64,000 nucleotides of DNA from Myxococcota bacterium (lineage in GTDB: Bacteria > Myxococcota_A > UBA9042 > PHBI01 > JAWLBL01): assembly GCA_041687695.1 (NCBI GenBank), contig JAWLBL010000018.1, positions 32,001-96,000 on the forward strand, read 5' to 3'. Below the pieces are notes generated by a model. That model saw only the letters and a program-made list of their open reading frames with translations. It had not been told where the DNA came from and ran no database searches. Position numbers and translations under genes: made by a program. Below are positions 57,821 to 64,000 of this stretch, one piece after another (the stretch's first letter is position 1; every line of letters begins with the position of its first letter).

Positions 57821-58480
57821 CTACCGCGCCTCGAACAGCGCGTTGACCCGGCCCGCGCCCGACAGGGGCAGCCGGAACGAGTCGACCTTCCAGGCGTCGC
57901 GGGTCAGGTCGGGGTCGCCGGCGCCGCCCAGGCTGACCAGGACCAGGCCGCCGGGGCCGACCAGCTCCGAGCCCACGCGCAGCCACTCGGCGGGGGCGAA
58001 GGTGGCGCGGCTGAGGGCGCCTCTGGGGGCGCCGTCGGGTCCAGGGCCGGCCTCGAGCTCCTCGACGCGCACCTGACGCACGCTGACGTTCTTGAGCTTG
58101 AGCGCCGCGGCCGCCTGGCTGGCGAAGGCGATCTTCTTGCCGATGGGCTCGACCAGCGTCAGGCGCAGCGCGGGCCGAGCGACGGCCAGCACCAGCCCCG
58201 GGAAGCCCGGCCCGGTTCCGACGTCCCACCACGCCTGGGTGCGGGCGGCGACCTCGGGGTCGTCCAGCAGCCGCAGGACCGCCAGGCTGTCGTGCACGTG
58301 CCGGTCGATGGCCTCCTCGGTGGTGCACGGGGCCACCAGGTTGATGCGCTGGTTCCACTTGAGCAGCAGCGCCGTCAGCTCGCTCAGCGCCTCGGCCGCC
58401 GCCTGATCGAGCGGGACGTCCAGCGCCTCGGCCCCCTCGGCGATGAGCGCCGTCGGGTTCGCCCCGCGCCCGCCCCTCAT
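57821..58480 (-). CDS. rsmG: 16S rRNA m7G527 methyltransferase
   Basis: KWNQRINL, RHVHDSL, DVGTGPGFPG, TLVEP..KKIAF, RVEE, SRA. Confidence 0.9.
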   Translation of the reverse strand: MRGGRGANPTALIAEGAEALDVPLDQAAAEALSELTALLLKWNQRINLVAPCTTEEAIDRHVHDSLAVLRLLDDPEVAARTQAWWDVGTGPGFPGLVLAVARPALRLTLVEPIGKKIAFASQAAAALKLKNVSVRQVRVEELEAGPGPDGAPRGALSRATFAPAEWLRVGSELVGPGGLVLVSLGGAGDPDLTRDAWKVDSFRLPLSGAGRVNALFEAR

Positions 58481-60432
58481 GGCGCGACCCCGGTCTCGCT
58501 CCCCTGCGCCGCCGCCGCCGCCGCCCCGTCGCGGATGGCCCCCTCCAGCTGCGCCGCCAGCTCGGCCCGCGCCGCCTCGGGCGCCTTGGCCACGATCTCG
58601 TCCTTGAGCTTGGTCGCCTCGTCGGTGCGCGCCGTCATCGCCAGCACCGCGATCATCATCGGCGCCGCCATCGCGTCCTGCGGGTCCTTGGCCATCGCCT
58701 CGCGCAGCAGGCCCTCGCCCTCCTCGACCAACCCGTTCTCGAGCAGGACCTGCGCCACCGTCGACCGCAGCCCCACCGCCTTGACCACCGCCTCGCGCGC
58801 CGCCGTCGCGTCGCGCTTGCGCGCCACGTCCGCCAGATAGCGCAGCATCAGCGCGTCGACGTTGGCCGGCTCGGCCTTCAGCACCGCCGACAGGTGCGCC
58901 TCGGCCGCCGCGTCCTGCCCCTCGTCCAGCTCGAGCTGCGCCGCCAGCAGCCGCGCCTGCCCGTCCTCGCCGAAGCGGTCCAGGTGCGACTTCAGCAGCT
59001 CGCGCGCCTTGGCGGGCCGCCCCAGGGTCTTCTCGAGCTGCGCCATTGCCGGCCGCAGATCCGCCGACCCCGGATCACCGGCCAGCGCCCGCTCCAGCGC
59101 GGCCAGCGCGTCCGCCGCCCTGCCCTGCCGGAACAGCGCCGTCCCCAGCGCCCGATGGATCTCGGCCCCGCCGCGCACCTTCCCGGCGCCCTCCTGCAGC
59201 GCGTCCAGCGCCTCCTCGCCGCGCCCCAGCTCCGTCAGAAAGCCCGCCAGCACCAGCCACGAGGCCTCCTCCTCGGGGTGGACCTGCGCCTCCTCGCGCA
59301 GGAGCGTCTCGGCGTCCTGGTGCCGGTCCTGGATGACCGCGATGCGCGCCCGCATGGTCCGCAGCCCCGGCGCCTTGGGGTCGGCCTTGTCGGCCGCGGC
59401 CAGGTGCGCCTCGGCCGTCTCGATGAGCTTGGGCACCTCCTCCTTGGGCGTCAGCCCGGCCCGCTCGAGCGCCAGCTGCGCCAGCATCACCCAGGCCTCA
59501 CCCAGCCCCGGGTCCAGCTCGGTCGCCTTGGCCAGGTGCTGGTGCGCCTTGAACGACTGCTGCGCCTGCATGGCCGCGATGCCGACGGTGAACCAGCTCA
59601 TCCCGTCGCCCTTGCGCGCCGCCGCCGCCTCCATGGTGGCCAGGCCCATCTCGGTCAGGCCGTTGGCCAGCTGCACCTGCCCCTGGAGCAGCTCGAGCGC
59701 CGCGTCCTGCCCGTCCAGCTGCCGCGCCTGTCCGATGGCCCGCGACGCCTGATCCCCGTCGCGCAGCGCCATCGCCCCAAGCGTCCGCCAGGCCAGCACC
59801 TGCCCCATCCAGCCGATCTCGTCGAGCGGCCGCACGCGCGCCTCGTCGACCGGGCCACCGTCCACGGCCCGCCACGGCCCGCCGCCCACCTTCAGCACGT
59901 ACCGCCGCCGCCGCAGGTCGGTCGCCGCCCGCGGCGCCGCCTCGTCCACGCCCACCCGCGCCTCGACCCCGCGCGCCTTCAGCAAGGCCCGCGCCAGCGA
60001 GGTCACCTCGAGCGGCCCGGTCGGCGGCGCCTGCTGCCCCGCCAGCGCCATCGCCAGGTGCCCGGCCGCCCGCGGCGCGCCCAGCGGCTCCTCCATCTCG
60101 TGCAGGGGCGGCAGGTGCCCGGCCTCGATGGCGGCCTTCACCGCCGCCAGCGCCGCCTCGGGGCCCTCGGCCAGCTTGGCCGCCGCCGCCTTCACCGCCT
60201 CGTCGACCTGGTCGGGCCGCGCCCGCAGGTCCTCGGGCAGCTGGGCCAGCGCCGTCTGCGTCGGGTCGGCCGTCGCGCGGGCGCCCGGCCCGACCATGCT
60301 GGCGGGCGGCTCGGTGGTGCGGTTCATCAAAAACCACACCAGGGCCCCGCTGGCGCCCAGGATCAGCGCCAGGATGGCGATCACCAGGGCGCCGTTGCGA
60401 CGTTGCGGCTCGGAGGGGGCGGACGGGGTCAT
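58477..60432 (-). CDS. Membrane-anchored TPR-repeat protein
   Basis: N-terminal TM followed by many helical repeats (ELDPGLGEAW, HPEEEASW, GDPGSAD, AEPANVDA). Confidence 0.75.
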   Translation of the reverse strand: MTPSAPSEPQRRNGALVIAILALILGASGALVWFLMNRTTEPPASMVGPGARATADPTQTALAQLPEDLRARPDQVDEAVKAAAAKLAEGPEAALAAVKAAIEAGHLPPLHEMEEPLGAPRAAGHLAMALAGQQAPPTGPLEVTSLARALLKARGVEARVGVDEAAPRAATDLRRRRYVLKVGGGPWRAVDGGPVDEARVRPLDEIGWMGQVLAWRTLGAMALRDGDQASRAIGQARQLDGQDAALELLQGQVQLANGLTEMGLATMEAAAARKGDGMSWFTVGIAAMQAQQSFKAHQHLAKATELDPGLGEAWVMLAQLALERAGLTPKEEVPKLIETAEAHLAAADKADPKAPGLRTMRARIAVIQDRHQDAETLLREEAQVHPEEEASWLVLAGFLTELGRGEEALDALQEGAGKVRGGAEIHRALGTALFRQGRAADALAALERALAGDPGSADLRPAMAQLEKTLGRPAKARELLKSHLDRFGEDGQARLLAAQLELDEGQDAAAEAHLSAVLKAEPANVDALMLRYLADVARKRDATAAREAVVKAVGLRSTVAQVLLENGLVEEGEGLLREAMAKDPQDAMAAPMMIAVLAMTARTDEATKLKDEIVAKAPEAARAELAAQLEGAIRDGAAAAAAQGSETGVAP

Positions 60433-61166
60433 CAGGGGCTCCCAGACAAGGCGTCCCGCAGCGCCTGCGGGCGGTTGGTGACGAGCGTTCGGACCCCCAG
60501 CGCGAGCAGGCGCCGCGCCTCGTCGGGGTCGTCGACGGTCCAGGCGCGGAACAGGCGCCCGGGCGCGGCGTATTCCGCCAGGTGCGTCGCCGTGACCAGC
60601 GCGTGCGCGGGGTGCAGGTCGACCACCGCGCCGCCCGGCAGGTAGCGCAGCGCGGCCAGGGCGGCCAGGTCTTCGTACAGCAGGGCCATGCGGCCTGGGG
60701 CGCGGTGGGTGATGGCCAACGCCAGCACGCGTGGGTCGAAGGTCGACACGACCAGCGCTACGCCCGGGATCGCCGCGGCGCGCGTCAGGTGCGGCAGGGT
60801 CGCCTCGACCAGCGCCTGCGGCCGCGGGGTCGTCTTCAGCTCGACGTTCAGCACGAAGGACCCGGCCGGGTCGACCCGCTGGGTCAGCAGATTCAGCACC
60901 TGCTCGAAGCTGGGGATGGGCTCGCCGCCGACGCGTCGCTGCCCCAGCGCCTGCCAGGGCGTCGCCTCGAGGTCGCCGGGGGCCCCGGTGAGGCGGGTCA
61001 GATCCCGATCGTGGAAGACGACCGGCACGCCGTCGACCGTCAGGTGGACGTCCAGCTCGACGCCGTCGGCGCCCTCGTCGAAGGCGCCGGCGAAGGCCCG
61101 CAGCGTGTTCTCGGGGTGCGCCGCGCTCGCGCCGCGGTGCGCCAGCAGGACGGCGGCTCGAGACAT
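60432..61166 (-). CDS. Glycerophosphodiester phosphodiesterase
   Basis: AHRGAS..HPENTL.AF, GVELDVHLT.DGVPVVFHD, NVELK, AWTVDD, TNRP. Confidence 0.93.
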   Translation of the reverse strand: MSRAAVLLAHRGASAAHPENTLRAFAGAFDEGADGVELDVHLTVDGVPVVFHDRDLTRLTGAPGDLEATPWQALGQRRVGGEPIPSFEQVLNLLTQRVDPAGSFVLNVELKTTPRPQALVEATLPHLTRAAAIPGVALVVSTFDPRVLALAITHRAPGRMALLYEDLAALAALRYLPGGAVVDLHPAHALVTATHLAEYAAPGRLFRAWTVDDPDEARRLLALGVRTLVTNRPQALRDALSGSP

Positions 61167-61182
61167 GGAGGGTCGCCTCCGA

Positions 61183-63756
61183 TCAGTAGTGGCGCTGGGT
61201 CTGGGGGCGCGGCGAGCGGAAGACCAGCAGATCCGTCTGGTGCAGCACGAAGATGACCTGCAGCAGGGTCAGCCGGTCCTCGGGGTTGCGGCCGAAGCGC
61301 TCGAGCACCTCGCGCAGGGTCACGCCGGTCTCGAGGTAGGTGTAAAAGCGCAGCTCGCGCGAGTTCAGGCGCAGGTTGTTGTGGGTGATGTGCGGGTTCT
61401 GCTGCATCACCATGGTCTGGTCGAGGTAGTCCGAGAAGATGTCGCGCATGGTCGCGAGGTCGAACTGGGTGCGGACCCCGGCGGTCAGCAGCTGGATGGC
61501 GTCCTCGCCCAGCGGGATGACGTCGTCGGGCGGGCCGTAGCCCTCGAGGAACTCGTACCAGCCCTCCTTCCAGGCGAAGACCTCGAGGAAGCGCTGCCGG
61601 AACTGGAACTCGACCACCCGGTAGAGATCGTGCGGCTTGAGCAGCCCCATGGAGACCAGCGCGTCGCCCAGGCGGCCGCCGCGCTCCTTCATGAAGCCCA
61701 GGGCGGCGTTGATCTGCGGCGGCTGGATGAGGTTGCGCTCGAGCATGAAGTTGGCGAGCAGCTCGCTCTTGATGTTCGAGTTGATGTGCACCGGCACGCC
61801 GTGCTGGAAGTAGATCTCCTTGAGCGCCATGCCGCGCATCAGCTTGAGCTTGCCGACGACCTTGTTGACGGCCAGCTCGTACAGCAGCTGCGGCGTGCGC
61901 ACCTGGCTGACCGGCCCCTCGTACAGCGGCTGCTCGGGCTCGACCTCGAAGACCGCCGGCTCGATGTCGGGCAGCGGGCTCTCGCTGATCGGCATCCACG
62001 GCCCGCCGTCGACGCTGATGAGCTCGCGGGGCGAGACGGAGCGGCTGCGGAGCAGGTGCAGCAGGTTGTTGTAGGTGATGGGGCCGAAGGTCGCGTCGTC
62101 GCCCTTGACCCGGAAGGACGAGCCGCGCAGCTCTTCGGCCAGCTGGGCCGGCGTGGGCGTGGGGCGGGCCGGCGCGACGATGGCCGGGGTGGCCTCCGCG
62201 GCCGGCTCCGGCGCGGGCGCCTCGGCCTCGGCTTCGGCGGCCTTGGCCTCTGGCTCGGCGCCCTTCGCCTCAGGCTCGGCGGCCTTCGCCTCGGGCTCGG
62301 GTTCGGGCTCGTCGGCCTTGGCCTCGGGTTCGGGCTCGTCGGCCTTGGCCTCAGGCTCGGTGGCCTTCGCCTCGGGCTCGGCGGCCTTCGCCTCGGGCTC
62401 GGCTTCGGGCTCGGCGGCCTTGGCCTCTGGCTCCGGCGCGGGCACCGCCGCCAGGACCGGCCGCGGGGCAGCTTCCACCTCGGGCGCGGCCTCGCCACCC
62501 ACCTCGTGCTCTGCGTCGAGCAGCGCCGGCATCGCGTCGTCGACCGGGGTCGGCTCGTCGTCGAGCGCCTCGTCGTCGGCGTCCTCGTAGGCGTCGCCCC
62601 CCGCGGGCTCCTCGTCGCGCTCCTCGTCCGCCGGCGCCTCGTGCGGCTCGGCCTCGTCGGCCGCCTCGTCCGCGCCCTCGGCGGCGTCCTCTTCGCCGTG
62701 CGCGATCTCGTCGTCGCCCTGGCCGTCGTCCGCCGCCTCGCCCGCGCCCGGGCGCGCCACGTAGATGGGCCGCGGCGCCTCCTCCTCGCCTTCGAGCGCC
62801 TCGCGCATGAACTGCGCGACGTTGCGGTTGGTCACGCGGATGCGGTGCTCGAACAGGTAGTCGAGGATCGCCTCCTGCAGATCGGTCCCGGTCTGGTAGC
62901 GCTCGTCCGGGTCCTTGGCCAGCGCCTTGCGGATGATGTTCTGGATGCCGTCCGGGACGTACGAGTGCTTCTCGAGCTTCTTGTCGATGCGCACGTCGCG
63001 GATGTTGATGAGCGTCTGGATGTCCGTCTTGCCCAAGAACAGCCGGCGCAGGGTCAGGATCTCCCACAGGATGATCCCCATCGCGAAGATGTCCGACCGG
63101 TGGTCGATGTCGTCGCCGACGACCAGCTCGGGGGACATGTAGCCCAGCTTGCCCTTGAGGGCGCTGGACTTCTTCTTGCGCTTGCCGCTGGTCTCGAGGT
63201 CGGCGCGGGCGACGCCGAAGTCCATGACCTTCACGTCGCCGTCGAGGCTGATGAGGATGTTCGACGGCGAGACGTCGCGGTGGATGATGTTCAGCGGGCG
63301 GCCGCGGTGGTCGGTCGCGGCGTGGGCGTAGGCCAGGCCCTTGGCGGCCTCGGCCACGACGAACAGGCCGATCTCGAGCGGCATCTGAAGGCCCTTGCGG
63401 GCGCAGGCGGCGAGGAGCTTGAGCAAGTCCGCGCCGTGCACGTACTCCATCGCGATGTGGTAGCCGCCGTCGATCTGGCCCAGCTCGAAGATCTGGACGA
63501 TGTTGGCGTGCTGCAGCAGCGAGCTGAGCTTCGCCTCGGCGATGAGCATCTCGATGAACGCCGTGTTCTTGGCGTAGGTCGGCAGGATGCGCTTGACGAC
63601 CAGGATCTTCTCGAAGCCCTCGGGCCCGGTGACGCGCGCCTTGTAGATCTCGGCCATGCCGCCGGCGCCGATCTTCTCGAGAAGCTCGTACTTCCCGTAG
63701 CGCTGGCCGGGCTGGAGCTCGTGAGCGAGCGCGGAGTGGCTATCGGGGCCGTTCAA
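61183..63756 (-). CDS. Cytoplasmic Hanks-type Ser/Thr protein kinase with acidic linker and C-terminal DUF4388/PATAN-like domain
   Basis: IGAGGMAEIYKA, VVKRIL, HRDVSPSN, DFGVA, GKLGYMSPE; C-terminal G.L.L......KEIYF..G, GRLGDALV, FAWKEG.YEF; no TM seen. Confidence 0.9.
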   Translation of the reverse strand: MNGPDSHSALAHELQPGQRYGKYELLEKIGAGGMAEIYKARVTGPEGFEKILVVKRILPTYAKNTAFIEMLIAEAKLSSLLQHANIVQIFELGQIDGGYHIAMEYVHGADLLKLLAACARKGLQMPLEIGLFVVAEAAKGLAYAHAATDHRGRPLNIIHRDVSPSNILISLDGDVKVMDFGVARADLETSGKRKKKSSALKGKLGYMSPELVVGDDIDHRSDIFAMGIILWEILTLRRLFLGKTDIQTLINIRDVRIDKKLEKHSYVPDGIQNIIRKALAKDPDERYQTGTDLQEAILDYLFEHRIRVTNRNVAQFMREALEGEEEAPRPIYVARPGAGEAADDGQGDDEIAHGEEDAAEGADEAADEAEPHEAPADEERDEEPAGGDAYEDADDEALDDEPTPVDDAMPALLDAEHEVGGEAAPEVEAAPRPVLAAVPAPEPEAKAAEPEAEPEAKAAEPEAKATEPEAKADEPEPEAKADEPEPEPEAKAAEPEAKGAEPEAKAAEAEAEAPAPEPAAEATPAIVAPARPTPTPAQLAEELRGSSFRVKGDDATFGPITYNNLLHLLRSRSVSPRELISVDGGPWMPISESPLPDIEPAVFEVEPEQPLYEGPVSQVRTPQLLYELAVNKVVGKLKLMRGMALKEIYFQHGVPVHINSNIKSELLANFMLERNLIQPPQINAALGFMKERGGRLGDALVSMGLLKPHDLYRVVEFQFRQRFLEVFAWKEGWYEFLEGYGPPDDVIPLGEDAIQLLTAGVRTQFDLATMRDIFSDYLDQTMVMQQNPHITHNNLRLNSRELRFYTYLETGVTLREVLERFGRNPEDRLTLLQVIFVLHQTDLLVFRSPRPQTQRHY
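62215..62435 (-). repeat. Intragenic about 21-bp tandem repeats encoding (EPEAKAA/D)n
   Basis: Repeated GGCCTT(C/G)GCCTC(G/A)GGCTCGG units in the kinase linker. Confidence 0.8.
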
Positions 63757-63961
63757 GGCTCTTCACCAGCTCGAGGGCGCTCTCGCAGGCCCTCTTGTCC
63801 TCGGAGGAGGCCTTGGCCGCCTTCTCACGGATGCTCTTGCACTCCTCGGAGTCCTCGCCCGCCGTCTGGCAGGCGACCTCGGCGAGGTCCTCACACGGGT
63901 TACCGCAGCCGGTCGTGGTCGCGAGGGCCAGGGCAGCGATGAGACCGGTGAATCGACGCAT
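63740..63961 (-). CDS. Small Cys-rich lipoprotein
   Basis: MRR-hydrophobic-TTGC lipobox, then PC..LA..AC.......EC.......AC; overlaps the kinase start. Confidence 0.7.
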   Translation of the reverse strand: MRRFTGLIAALALATTTGCGNPCEDLAEVACQTAGEDSEECKSIREKAAKASSEDKRACESALELVKSLERPR

Positions 63962-64000
63962 GCGGTGTTCTTTCCGATGGGGTCCGGGAGGTGGGGCCCG

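Noticed and set aside
1..64000. tRNA/rRNA genes, IS transposases, integrases, parS sites
   Set aside because: None were recognised by eye. A tRNAscan/Infernal/ISEScan run and a search for TGTTTCACGTGAAACA would be needed to exclude them formally.

Overview
Very GC-rich chromosomal window, most likely from a Myxococcota/deltaproteobacterial genome (MYXO-CTERM-like sorting signal, eukaryote-like Ser/Thr kinase, Cys-rich lipoproteins). It spans the replication origin region: recF-dnaN-[oriC with degenerate DnaA boxes]-dnaA on the minus strand and rpmH-rnpA-yidD-yidC-jag on the plus strand. mnmE and rsmG are displaced and inverted. Housekeeping genes include ptsI, gcvPB, proB, murA (Cys->Asp, fosfomycin-resistant type), ftsEX-envC-yibQ and moeB. 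Accessory content includes a 10.7 kb cluster of four large surface lipoproteins, a HerA-like ATPase, a LysR/MDR-oxidoreductase pair next to an acyl-CoA dehydrogenase remnant, a Septu(PtuAB)-like ATPase+HNH pair whose HNH frame runs into a 7x ~43 bp double-hairpin array, and a vapBC module. The most striking non-coding element is a 1.47 kb modular array of palindromic repeats after jag, in which every module is joined at an invariant CTGGAAG heptamer. No CRISPR, tRNA, rRNA or transposase was recognised. All calls come from reading motifs by eye; no database search was run.
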